Positions 8,728-17,674 of a stretch of 64,000 nucleotides of DNA are shown piece after piece (position 1 is the first letter of the stretch; each line of letters starts with the position of its first letter). This stretch comes from Minisyncoccia bacterium (GTDB lineage: Bacteria > Patescibacteriota > Minisyncoccia > Phycocordibacterales > JAACPR01), in assembly GCA_041740795.1 (NCBI GenBank), contig JBGSLH010000008.1:15860-79859 (forward strand). The letters are read 5' to 3'. The notes below the pieces were generated by a model. That model was not told where the DNA came from. It did not search any database and saw nothing but the letters and a program-made list of their open reading frames with translations. The position numbers and the translations under genes were made by a program.

Positions 8728-11133
8728 ATGAATTACTACAAGCTTCAAGAATACAAAAAAGACGTATATCCAGGAATCATTCTTGACGAGATTCTTTCGT
8801 ACAGGTTCCGCAAAGTCATGCGCAAGATTCTCCTTCTGCTTACGTGTGTAAGTATTATTGCACTTTTGATTCCGTCCCAATTCTTGGGATCACACCTGTT
8901 CCTACTTCGTGCTGTGTTCATGCTTTTTCTCTGTATGTATGTAGGACTTATTCTGCTTGAGGCAATGTATCGATCATGCTATTTTAAAAAGAATAAAGTC
9001 GACATTCGTGTACTTCGCATCCTCAACACTTCCAAAAAAAACAACGATCTTACGACGCTTTTTCTCAATCACGAACTTGGACAGTACGTAATGTACAGGC
9101 TTGGATATGCACAGTCCGACATAATGGACTTTTTGAATACAAAAAAAGACATTGTAACCAGGCATGAGTTCGAGATTATTGAGAATGATGATAATGAAGT
9201 CTCGTTTGCAGAGTTCGGATATTCGCTTGCACACTTCGATTCCGACCTTTCGCAATTTCTGCGTACACATGGAGTGACTGTTGGTGATTTTAAGCAGACA
9301 CTCGAATGGGTGGCGCGTATGGACCAAGCAATCAAGGAACAGGAAAGGTGGTGGACACTCGACAACCTCCTGCGGATTCCGAGTATTGGCAAGAGTCTCG
9401 CTTTTGGACAGGTATACAATCTTGAACGGTTCGGTCACAACATCGTGCGTGATACAGCATACGTGCAGCTGGGAGAAAAGTGGCGGACATACAAAACGTC
9501 AGTGCGCAAGCTCGAGGCTGTACTTTCCAAATCGGTCGGGGGAAATATTTTGTTGACGGCAGACGCGGCATACCTCACACTCGATGCAATCGCATCACTC
9601 GGAAAGGAAATCATGCAAGGTACTGTACTTTCAAACCTTGAAAATAAGCGCATTTATGTGCTCGACGTGAATATACTCATCTCAAGCTATGGAGAAAAAT
9701 CCGAGTTCGAGACGATGTTCCAGACTGTCTTGCACGAAGCCGCATACGCTGGAAACGTTATTCTAGCAATTCCAAACTTCGGGGACTTTGTACAGAACAC
9801 ACATTCCCTTGGAGTTGATGTGAAGGATATTATTCGCGAAGCACTCCAATCTTCAAGACTGCAAGTGATTGCGACCGCAAGTGAAAGATCTTTTCATGAA
9901 GTACTCGAGACTGATCTTGATCTCATGACACATTTTGAAAAATTACAGCTCAACGAATTCGACTCGTACCAGGCAATCTCGATTCTCCAGCAGGAAGTTC
10001 TGTATGCTGAAAATCGAGAGCATGTATTTTTTACATATCAGGCAGTGAAGCGAATCGTAGAAAGTGCTGATCGGTATTTTGCTGAGACATCGCTTCTCGA
10101 TAAGAGCGTTGATATTCTCAATGAGATAATTCCTGTCGTAAAGCAGCAGGGTGAATTTGTCATCACACAGGAGCACGTCGATGCACTCGTGACATCCAAG
10201 ACAGGAATCTCACTCGGCAAAATCTCAAGGGACGAATCAAAAAAACTTTCTAATATTGCAGCAGAAATGAAGGCACGCGTGATTGGACAAGATTCTGCAG
10301 TCGAAGCAGTATGCGAGGCGATGCTCCGTGCACGAACTGGACTCGCCAATCCCAAACGCCCTCTCGCATCTTTTCTTTTTGTCGGACCGACAGGTGTGGG
10401 TAAGACCGAAACCGCGAAGGCGCTTGCTGCACTGTTCTTCAAGGATGAGGAAAATATGCTTCGAAGCGACATGAGTGAATATTCCGATGCAGAAGCGGTA
10501 CCTCGGATGATTGGCGACGCAGGGCATGTGGGGGTCTTTGCTTCAAAGGTGAGACAACAAGGTCACGGTGTCCTTCTTTTGGATGAATTTGAAAAAGCAT
10601 CTCCAGACGTTCATGACTTATTTCTACAGATTATAGATGAAGGGTTCTTTACGGATGGTCGGGGAGAAAAGGTTATGATGCGTAACTTTATAATTATTGC
10701 GACATCCAATGCTGGAAGCGATCTGTTTGCACTACATGTAGGTACTCCAGTTCACAAGCAGGAGATAGTTGATCATATCATCAGCAAGCATCTCCTGCGT
10801 TCAGAACTTCTCAATAGGTTTGACGATGTGATCGTGTTTGAATCGCTTCTTGCACATGATACGCTTTTGAGTATCGCACACATCTCCGTGTCCAAGTTGG
10901 TTGAGCGTCTCGATAGGCGAGGAATTACACTCAAGGAAACATCCGAGCTTCTACAATATCTTGTGAAGGTCGGAACTAACCCTGTATTCGGAGCTCGGGA
11001 GATAAATCGTGTAATAACCCGTGAACTCGAGTCCAAAATTGCTCAAGCACTCGTCTTGGGAGATCTCTTTGAAGGTGATACAATATCTTTTGTTGTTTCA
11101 AGTGGAGAAATCGAAATCCAAAAATATTCATGA
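8728..11133 (+). CDS. membrane-anchored Clp/Hsp100-type AAA+ ATPase with a single (D2-like) nucleotide-binding domain
   Basis: The C-terminal half has the classic ClpA/B/C D2 module (VIGQDSAVEAV..., GPTGVGKTE Walker A, LLLDEFEKA Walker B, sensor NFIIIATSN). The N-terminal ~100 aa contain two hydrophobic helices. No Walker A is seen in the first half. The start was moved to MNYYKL to avoid overlap with 8321..8722. Confidence 0.7.
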   Translation: MNYYKLQEYKKDVYPGIILDEILSYRFRKVMRKILLLLTCVSIIALLIPSQFLGSHLFLLRAVFMLFLCMYVGLILLEAMYRSCYFKKNKVDIRVLRILNTSKKNNDLTTLFLNHELGQYVMYRLGYAQSDIMDFLNTKKDIVTRHEFEIIENDDNEVSFAEFGYSLAHFDSDLSQFLRTHGVTVGDFKQTLEWVARMDQAIKEQERWWTLDNLLRIPSIGKSLAFGQVYNLERFGHNIVRDTAYVQLGEKWRTYKTSVRKLEAVLSKSVGGNILLTADAAYLTLDAIASLGKEIMQGTVLSNLENKRIYVLDVNILISSYGEKSEFETMFQTVLHEAAYAGNVILAIPNFGDFVQNTHSLGVDVKDIIREALQSSRLQVIATASERSFHEVLETDLDLMTHFEKLQLNEFDSYQAISILQQEVLYAENREHVFFTYQAVKRIVESADRYFAETSLLDKSVDILNEIIPVVKQQGEFVITQEHVDALVTSKTGISLGKISRDESKKLSNIAAEMKARVIGQDSAVEAVCEAMLRARTGLANPKRPLASFLFVGPTGVGKTETAKALAALFFKDEENMLRSDMSEYSDAEAVPRMIGDAGHVGVFASKVRQQGHGVLLLDEFEKASPDVHDLFLQIIDEGFFTDGRGEKVMMRNFIIIATSNAGSDLFALHVGTPVHKQEIVDHIISKHLLRSELLNRFDDVIVFESLLAHDTLLSIAHISVSKLVERLDRRGITLKETSELLQYLVKVGTNPVFGAREINRVITRELESKIAQALVLGDLFEGDTISFVVSSGEIEIQKYS

Positions 11134-12119
11134 TGAAAAAAACTATTTCAACTTTTATATTCCTAATCGCAATTGTATGCGGTATGGGAGTAGGCTATGT
11201 CGCAACTCACGCTGCGGGAGTTACGTATAACACAGTTCTTGCATATGTTTCAGAATTCACCATCGACCTTCGTGCTCAGAGAGTAATTGCCGAGAGTGCA
11301 CAAGGCGGCCCTGAAGCCGAAAGTATAATAGAGAGTGATTTTAACCAGTCTCTTGAGCAATACACCAAGACATTCGAGGTGAACTCCAAGAACAAACCTG
11401 TGAAGATTTCTGCTGCGAGCTATCTTGTTGCCGATCTTGAAACTGGAAAGGTCCTTGCTTCAAAGAATATCAATCAGCAACTTCCTATTGCGTCAGTTAC
11501 CAAGTTGATGACGGCGATCGTTGCCGACGAGACACTCGGACTTGATACAAAGACAACTGTAAGTGCAAGTGCGATCAATACGTACGGTACGCAAGGAGAA
11601 TTAAAAAAGGGTGAGTCGTATTCCGTCCTTGAAATGTTCTACCCACTTTTGCTTGAATCGAGCAACGATGCTGCAGAAGCGCTTGCTCAGACCAAGAACC
11701 GGACGCAGTTCGTTGGGGACATGAATGGCAAAGCCAAGTCGATCGGGCTCCTCAATACGACATACGAGGATGCCAGCGGGCTTTCCTCAGGCAACCAGTC
11801 GACAGTGACGGATCTTTTTAGACTGACACAGTATATTTCAAAATATCGGGAATATATCTTCGAGATTTCAACCGAAAAGGAAAAGAAACTGGGTAAAAAA
11901 ACCTGGTTCAGTAACTCACGATTCAGAAGTGATGATGATTATAAAGGGGGCAAGAACGGATACACTGATGAGGCGCTCAAGACACAGATAGTTCTTTTTG
12001 AAGAACCATTTGATAAAGACGAACGAACGATCGTTTATATCGTACTTCGAAGTACCGACGTTGCATACGATATCAAGATGCTGCGGGATTTTGTATATAA
12101 GAACGTAGAATATAAGTAA
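11130..12119 (+). CDS. D-alanyl-D-alanine carboxypeptidase (S11, PBP5-like)
   Basis: Signal/TM N-terminus, SxxK (ASVTK), SxN (ESSNDAAEAL) and K(T/N)G (GGKNGYT) motifs. Confidence 0.75.
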   Translation: MMKKTISTFIFLIAIVCGMGVGYVATHAAGVTYNTVLAYVSEFTIDLRAQRVIAESAQGGPEAESIIESDFNQSLEQYTKTFEVNSKNKPVKISAASYLVADLETGKVLASKNINQQLPIASVTKLMTAIVADETLGLDTKTTVSASAINTYGTQGELKKGESYSVLEMFYPLLLESSNDAAEALAQTKNRTQFVGDMNGKAKSIGLLNTTYEDASGLSSGNQSTVTDLFRLTQYISKYREYIFEISTEKEKKLGKKTWFSNSRFRSDDDYKGGKNGYTDEALKTQIVLFEEPFDKDERTIVYIVLRSTDVAYDIKMLRDFVYKNVEYK

Positions 12120-12166
12120 AGCGCTCTCGCTTTTCAAAAACAGGATGAATATGATACTGTGCTGAT

Positions 12167-13306
12167 ATGAATCTGTTTTCCTTATTCAAAAAAGAAAAAA
12201 CAGTCATGGGATTTTGGGCGACACTCAAAAAACCACTTATCGTACTCGCACCAATGGCGGACGTTACTGATGTGTCCTTCAGGCAGATGTTTGCAAAGTA
12301 CGGCAAACCTGACGTGACGTGGACCGAGTTCGTGGCGGCAGACGGACTGATTCGTTCTCCTAAGGACAATCCTGATGATACAGGACTTAGCAGTAATGCA
12401 AAACTGTGGAAAGATCTTTTGTATTTTGAAAATGAGCGTCCGATCGTGGCACAGCTTTTTAGTGGGAATCCGGAATACATGGAAAAGGCTTCGTACGAAG
12501 TGACTCTTGCAGGATTCGACGGTATCGATATTAATATGGGATGTCCGGACAAGGCGATCCAGAGACAGAAGGCGGGAGCCTTTCTTATAAAAGATCCGAA
12601 GCGCGCGACAGCGATTGTCGCTGCGGTCAAAAAAGGGATTGCGCGCGCTTCCAAAGAGCTCAATAAGAAACCGATTCCTGTTTCGATAAAGACGCGTCTC
12701 GGGTTCAACTCAGATACGATGGAAGAATGGGTGACGCATCTTCTTAAGTCTAAGCCTGCAGTGTTGACGCTCCATGCACGAACGCGAAAGGAAATGTCAA
12801 AAGTTCCTGCAAGATGGGATCGCGTGAAGGATGCGGTCGCGCTTCGTGATTCTCTCAAATCCGAAACGCTTATTTTTGGAAATGGTGACGTGACTGATCT
12901 TGAAGATGCATTCAAAAAAGTACAAGAGACAGGATGTGATGGTGTGATGGTAGGGCGGGGGATTTTTGGAAATCCGTGGTTCTTTGCCAATTTGGCTCAC
13001 CTGAAAGGTGGTTGCCAAATTGAGCACTCATCAAAACCTCTGTTTGAGGGGAGCAATGACCACAAAGGTTCATCGGCAGAAACCTTCGTCAGTGAAATCT
13101 CCCCCGAACAGAAACTCCGCGGACTCGTCGAACATACCCAACTTTTTGAAAAGCACCTTTCGCACAAGAATTTCAGTATCATGAAAAAACACTACAAGGC
13201 GTACGTGAACGGTTTTGACGGCGCAAAGGAACTGCGGAACGATCTCATGGAGGCACGTAATGCACAGGAAGTGGAACGGGTGGTGAAAGCGTTCCTGAAG
13301 AATTAG
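12167..13306 (+). CDS. dus: tRNA-dihydrouridine synthase
   Basis: LAPMADVTDVSFR, FDGIDINMGCP and KTRLG Dus signatures. Confidence 0.85.
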   Translation: MNLFSLFKKEKTVMGFWATLKKPLIVLAPMADVTDVSFRQMFAKYGKPDVTWTEFVAADGLIRSPKDNPDDTGLSSNAKLWKDLLYFENERPIVAQLFSGNPEYMEKASYEVTLAGFDGIDINMGCPDKAIQRQKAGAFLIKDPKRATAIVAAVKKGIARASKELNKKPIPVSIKTRLGFNSDTMEEWVTHLLKSKPAVLTLHARTRKEMSKVPARWDRVKDAVALRDSLKSETLIFGNGDVTDLEDAFKKVQETGCDGVMVGRGIFGNPWFFANLAHLKGGCQIEHSSKPLFEGSNDHKGSSAETFVSEISPEQKLRGLVEHTQLFEKHLSHKNFSIMKKHYKAYVNGFDGAKELRNDLMEARNAQEVERVVKAFLKN

Positions 13307-13425
13307 AACGGCAGCCCTTCCTTCCCAGAAGGGACAGACTGTGCTATATTCTCTGCAGGAAGCAGTTCCGTAGAAAACAAAAGGAGGTATAAGACATGGA
13401 ATATTAGTCATGATTCCCCGACAGA

Positions 13426-13466
13426 CCCTGAAATCGCACAAGACGCTGCGCTTTCAGGGTCTTTTC
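13426..13466 (+). terminator. rho-independent terminator after dus
   Basis: ccctgaaa...tttcaggg 8-bp stem followed by tcttttc. Confidence 0.45.
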
Positions 13467-13494
13467 AACCTCATTTTTCACCTTTCTCAAAAAG

Positions 13495-13522
13495 CTTGAC
13501 AATATTGCATAGTATGCTATAC
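13495..13522 (+). promoter_or_regulatory. sigma70-like promoter (TTGACA-16-TATACT)
   Basis: A consensus -35 TTGACA at 13495-13500 and TATACT at 13517-13522. It sits directly upstream of a non-coding, structure-rich stretch. Confidence 0.5.
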
Positions 13523-13529
13523 TATGCAA

Positions 13530-13812
13530 GTTCAGTTCTTCCCCCAAATGAAAACGTGAAGAGAGGCAGTGGGATCCGTGTGATCTCCCCCAACAGTAGG
13601 ATTCTTTACTGCCTCTCTTCTCGGATTCCATAGACACTTTCCCCCCAAAGGCGGGCACAAGCAGTGGTCGATTCTTTACAAGAAGGATCCCGAGCTGTTC
13701 ACCCACATCCCCCCGATAACAGCTTATGCTGTGTCCGCCTTAAATTTCCAGCATAGTGTGTCGTTGGTTCTGATAAGCCCGGTTCGATTTTCGAACCGGG
13801 CCTTTTCTTTTG
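13530..13812 (+). ncRNA. candidate structured small RNA (~270 nt), identity undetermined
   Basis: Bounded by the promoter above and a strong terminator (gcccggttcga-ttt-tcgaaccgggc + T-run at 13777-13812). It contains a 13-bp inverted repeat gaagagaggcagt/actgcctctcttc and several C/G-rich helices. No credible ORF (the minus-strand 100-aa ORF is low-complexity). Confidence 0.4.
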
Positions 13813-13866
13813 TCTTGTTAATGAAAAATTGACACAATGAAACACTTTTTATAGTATGTAAAGAGA

Positions 13867-14433
13867 ATGAGTACAAAAATTTTGGTAAACAGATCAAGTG
13901 CATTGAGTTTGGAATCAATGATGATTCAGTTAGAACGTCAAGGTGAAGGAATAGACAGTCATCGAGTCTGCACATTCAATCATCCCGATCGGACAATTCA
14001 ATTGCGCAGGCATACATTTGATCGAAGAGAAAGTGATCAAGCTGTCTCATTGAGTCATCGATTGGTTTCTTGGGCAGAACCTTGGATTTCGGAAATCCGT
14101 TTCATTACGGATCTCAATCTTCCTCGGCCAGCCCAGCGATGCTTCTATTGTCTCAATAAGAGCGAACTCTACACAACTATGTTCTACGCAGAAGGTGCGG
14201 ACCTATTTTTTGGCCCGTTCTTTAGTCGAAGTTCGGAAGTACGTTCGGTACTTCAAGAGTATATAGAGTCATTGTACGGACAGGAGATGAAGTTTTCGGA
14301 AACCGGTTCGGGACTCTGGAGAAAGATTCAGGACACCCACGGACTGACAGGTCTTCTTGCAATCTGGAACGATCTGTATGAAAGCACGATTCTTCCCGAA
14401 ATGCTTCTGATGGATCCTTTCTGTTTCGATTAG
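13867..14433 (+). CDS. hypothetical protein (188 aa)
   Basis: The ORF has its own strong terminator (14445-14482: aaccctcc...ggagggtt + T-run). No family recognised. Confidence 0.4.
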   Translation: MSTKILVNRSSALSLESMMIQLERQGEGIDSHRVCTFNHPDRTIQLRRHTFDRRESDQAVSLSHRLVSWAEPWISEIRFITDLNLPRPAQRCFYCLNKSELYTTMFYAEGADLFFGPFFSRSSEVRSVLQEYIESLYGQEMKFSETGSGLWRKIQDTHGLTGLLAIWNDLYESTILPEMLLMDPFCFD

Positions 14434-14444
14434 GCACCAGCATC

Positions 14445-14482
14445 AACCCTCCCACGCTTCGGCGTCGGAGGGTTTTCTTTTT
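14445..14482 (+). terminator. rho-independent terminator
   Basis: aaccctcc / ggagggtt 8-bp stem followed by ttcttttt. Confidence 0.6.
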
Positions 14483-14485
14483 GTA

Positions 14486-14525
14486 AAAAACAAATAAAAA
14501 GCTGCGTCCAAGTGATGGACGCAGC
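14486..14525 (-). terminator. rho-independent terminator for a minus-strand transcript arriving from the right
   Basis: gctgcgtcc-aagtgat-ggacgcagc 9-bp stem. On the minus strand it is followed by a T-rich run (ttttatttgtttttt). No ORF of 60 aa or more in 14526-15037. Confidence 0.45.
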
Positions 14526-15037
14526 GGTTAAATGGATTCCTTGGATCCTAAGATCCTTGGATGTGAATACGGCTTTACGTACGGGGCCACGGAGTTTGTT
14601 AGAAACCTGCAGGATCGTCAGTAGGATATCGATAGGCGGGCGATGAGGAGGGCATTGCGGTTGCGGCGGATTGGTCGAGGCGGCGGCTGGCGCAGGGTCG
14701 ACCCCTGTTGTGTGCAGTGATTGTATTCATCGTTTCGTATTTTGGCGGTTTTGAGGTCGATTAACCTCGGCTTACCTGTAACTCACAGATTGTGAGAGCA
14801 GGTATCTACAGTCATCGCATGACTACATATACCTACTCTCACAGACTGATTCATCTTTATGAAGAACTATTTTTAATAGTAAAACTTTTGATATCTTTGT
14901 CAAATTTTTTGTAAACTTCGCAAATATGGTCGACTCTACTAAGACTTTTGTCGCTGGGTAGCTCAAAATAGTAAGCGTCGCGACATCATGAATTTATAGT
15001 CGCTTTGCTCCTTAAATTCTTATGTTAAACTGAACGC

Positions 15038-16069
15038 ATGTCCCAACACAAGACTCTCTATACCAAATACCGTCCGCATGTCTTCAAGGATGTTCTCGGG
15101 CAAGAACATGTCACTGATGTACTCAGAGAATCTATCGCGCTTGGTAATGTCGCACACGCATATCTTTTTTTTGGATCACGAGGAACAGGGAAGACTTCTG
15201 TAGCTCGAATAGTTGCACACGAGATTGGAACGCACGAGGATGACCTCTATGAGATCGACGCAGCATCGAACACCAGTGTCGATGATATTCGTTCGCTCAA
15301 TGAAGCTGTACATATTATGCCATTCAAGTCCAAGTACAAAGTGTACATATTGGATGAAGTACACATGCTTTCCAAGTCTGCTTTTAATGCACTCCTTAAG
15401 ACACTTGAAGAACCTCCTAAGCATGTAATCTTCGTGCTTGCTACAACAGAGATGCACAAAGTGCCAGACACTATTATTTCAAGATGTGAAGTGTATACGT
15501 TCAAAAAACCAACACAGAGCCTGCTCAAGGACATGGTTCTCAAGACTGCAAAAGCAGAAAGTGTAACACTTGAACCTTCGGCTGCTGATCTCATCGCACT
15601 CCTTGGAGACGGATCATTTAGGGATACGCACGGTACACTCCAAAAAGTAATTCACGCATCGGGCGACAAGAAGATCACTGTAGAGGAAGTCGAGAAGGTA
15701 ACAGGAGCACCCAAGGCACAACTTGTGAATGCTGTGATCGAATCAATTGCGCATAAGAATATTGAAAAGGGTCTCGACGCCGTAGTTCAGGCAACGAGCC
15801 AGAACATCGACATGAGCATTTTTGTATCCATGATCCTCAACAAAGTGCGAGCAATCTTGCTCGTGCGGTATTCTCCTTCTATAAGTAAAACAATCTCAGA
15901 AACCATGACAGAGAGTGACGTCGAATTTGTATCGACTCTTGCCAAGCAGTCTGATTCTCCAATTACTTCGCAGACACTAGTCACATTACTCGATACCTAC
16001 ACAATGATTGGTAAGGCACATGCTCCACACATCCCACTTGAGATTGCATTATTTGATTTAGCAAAGTAA
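15038..16069 (+). CDS. dnaX: DNA polymerase III subunit gamma/tau (short form, 343 aa)
   Basis: YRPHVFKDVLGQEHV, Walker A GSRGTGKTS, YKVYILDEVHMLS, LKTLEEPP. Confidence 0.85.
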   Translation: MSQHKTLYTKYRPHVFKDVLGQEHVTDVLRESIALGNVAHAYLFFGSRGTGKTSVARIVAHEIGTHEDDLYEIDAASNTSVDDIRSLNEAVHIMPFKSKYKVYILDEVHMLSKSAFNALLKTLEEPPKHVIFVLATTEMHKVPDTIISRCEVYTFKKPTQSLLKDMVLKTAKAESVTLEPSAADLIALLGDGSFRDTHGTLQKVIHASGDKKITVEEVEKVTGAPKAQLVNAVIESIAHKNIEKGLDAVVQATSQNIDMSIFVSMILNKVRAILLVRYSPSISKTISETMTESDVEFVSTLAKQSDSPITSQTLVTLLDTYTMIGKAHAPHIPLEIALFDLAK

Positions 16070-16082
16070 TATCCCCGCTACA

Positions 16083-17402
16083 GTGAAGAAATTTATACTA
16101 TCAGTTGCAGGTGGATGCGTCGTTGGAGGTCTTTTGGCTTGGGCGTTCATTATATTCGTTCCGCAGTTGCCGGACTTTTTGGCACGCACGTTCTTTACTC
16201 CGGTCATCAATGCACCACATAACATCACACAAAACATCCAGAATGCTTTTTCTGCAACAACAGATCAATACATTATTGAATCTGTAGACCAGGCGATCCC
16301 TCAGGATACCAAGGTGGTATACGCGGATCTCGGAGCGATGAAGATCTCACTGTACGAAAACGGAACCGTGATAGAGGAATACCCTATACAGTCTGTCGGG
16401 CGTGAAGGGACTGCGTGGCAGACACCGCTTGGTAAGTTCGATATGAGCTACAAAATGGAAAATCATTTTTCGAGTATCGGACACGTGTATATGCCTTTCT
16501 CTATGCACTTCTTCGGGAATTACTTCATCCACGGCTGGCCGTACTATGCGGACGGCACTCCTGTTCCCAAAGGATATTCTGGAGGATGCATTAGACTTAA
16601 CACGCCAGATTCTGAGCATGTGTTCGACTTTGTGGACAAGAACACAGAACTGATTGTGACCACGTCCGCTGACAAAATACTCAAGCAGGGCGAACTGCAA
16701 TATGTACTGACCGAACGCGCACCAGAACTTGATTCCCGCTTTCTTGTTGTCGATCTTGAGACAGGTGAAGTTGTAGCGACACAGGGAGGAACGGAAAAGG
16801 TTGCAATCGGATCTTTTGCAAAGCTCATGACCGCACTCATCTCGCTCGAGTCCCTCAACCAGTATCAAGAAACTGTCTTGCGTCAGGACATCGTCAACAT
16901 TGCAGATGTTCTCTATGCACTCCTCTTGGGTGATGACGACGATGCGGGCAAGCTCCTCTACGAACACAAGCACAAAGCGCAGTATCTTCTCGATATGAAT
17001 ACGCGTGCCAAGTCCCTCGGTATGAGCGCGACCACATACACCGACGTGAATGGAACTTCCTCGAGTACTGTCTCGACACTCGAGGACTCGTTTCGACTTT
17101 TTCAATATATGAATTCATACAAACCATTTATGCTCAAGGCACTTTCGCTCGATGAGTACGAGATTGCCGGAACAACGTACGAAGCACTTCATCCACTTAG
17201 GGAGACCGATGGATATGTCGCGGGATTTGCTGATGACTCCAATAGTGAACTTGCTACGCTCGTATCTGTAGATATTAAACGTGTGGAGATGGAGGAAAAT
17301 CCAGAGAAGACGTTCGTTATCCTAGTTGAAGGAAGCGAGAATGCGAAGGAAGATACGTTGCGGCTGTATGAGTGGGTGAAGGGGAGTGTGGAGGTGAGAT
17401 AG
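16083..17402 (+). CDS. L,D-transpeptidase (YkuD) fused to a PBP5-like DD-carboxypeptidase-type domain lacking the SxN serine
   Basis: N-terminal TM. YkuD catalytic motif HGWPYY...GYSGGCIRL. The C-terminal half is paralogous to 11130..12119: SxxK is present (GSFAK) but SxN is replaced by GDDDDAG. Confidence 0.7.
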   Translation: MKKFILSVAGGCVVGGLLAWAFIIFVPQLPDFLARTFFTPVINAPHNITQNIQNAFSATTDQYIIESVDQAIPQDTKVVYADLGAMKISLYENGTVIEEYPIQSVGREGTAWQTPLGKFDMSYKMENHFSSIGHVYMPFSMHFFGNYFIHGWPYYADGTPVPKGYSGGCIRLNTPDSEHVFDFVDKNTELIVTTSADKILKQGELQYVLTERAPELDSRFLVVDLETGEVVATQGGTEKVAIGSFAKLMTALISLESLNQYQETVLRQDIVNIADVLYALLLGDDDDAGKLLYEHKHKAQYLLDMNTRAKSLGMSATTYTDVNGTSSSTVSTLEDSFRLFQYMNSYKPFMLKALSLDEYEIAGTTYEALHPLRETDGYVAGFADDSNSELATLVSVDIKRVEMEENPEKTFVILVEGSENAKEDTLRLYEWVKGSVEVR

Positions 17403-17483
17403 GGAAGAAAGGGAAGTCAATTGAAAAATAGATAAAATCTGTTATAAATAGGTGTACCTCGTATTCGTACGAGGTGTGAATAT

Positions 17484-17554
17484 TGCCCGATCGTCTAATG
17501 GTAGGACTGCGGTTTTTGGTACCGTCTATCGAGGTTCGAGTCCTTGTCGGGCAG
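17484..17554 (+). tRNA. tRNA-Gln (anticodon TTG)
   Basis: Acceptor TGCCCGA/TCGGGCA, anticodon stem GCGGT/ACCGT with loop TTTTGGT (UUG), T-arm CGAGG-TTCGAGT-CCTTG, discriminator G. Close resemblance to enterobacterial tRNA-Gln. Confidence 0.7.
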
Positions 17555-17674
17555 CTATTGACAGCTAGCTCAAATATGTTGTGTAATTAGAGCGCTCAAG
17601 TTGCGTTGATTTTCATTATGATTTTCTGCTTCTGTGGAGGAGTTGGACATTTAGTTTAAAGTGTTAAGATTTAA

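Noticed and set aside
13404-13706. 100-aa minus-strand ORF inside the putative ncRNA
   Set aside because: Low-complexity translation with no start context. The region is better explained as a structured RNA between a promoter and a terminator.
13530-13812. Assigning the ~270-nt RNA as RNase P RNA or tmRNA
   Set aside because: It is too short for RNase P. No GGAAAGUCCGG / ACAGAA..CGGCUUA P4 strands, no tRNA-like 3' end and no tag reading frame were found. It is left unassigned pending a covariance-model search.
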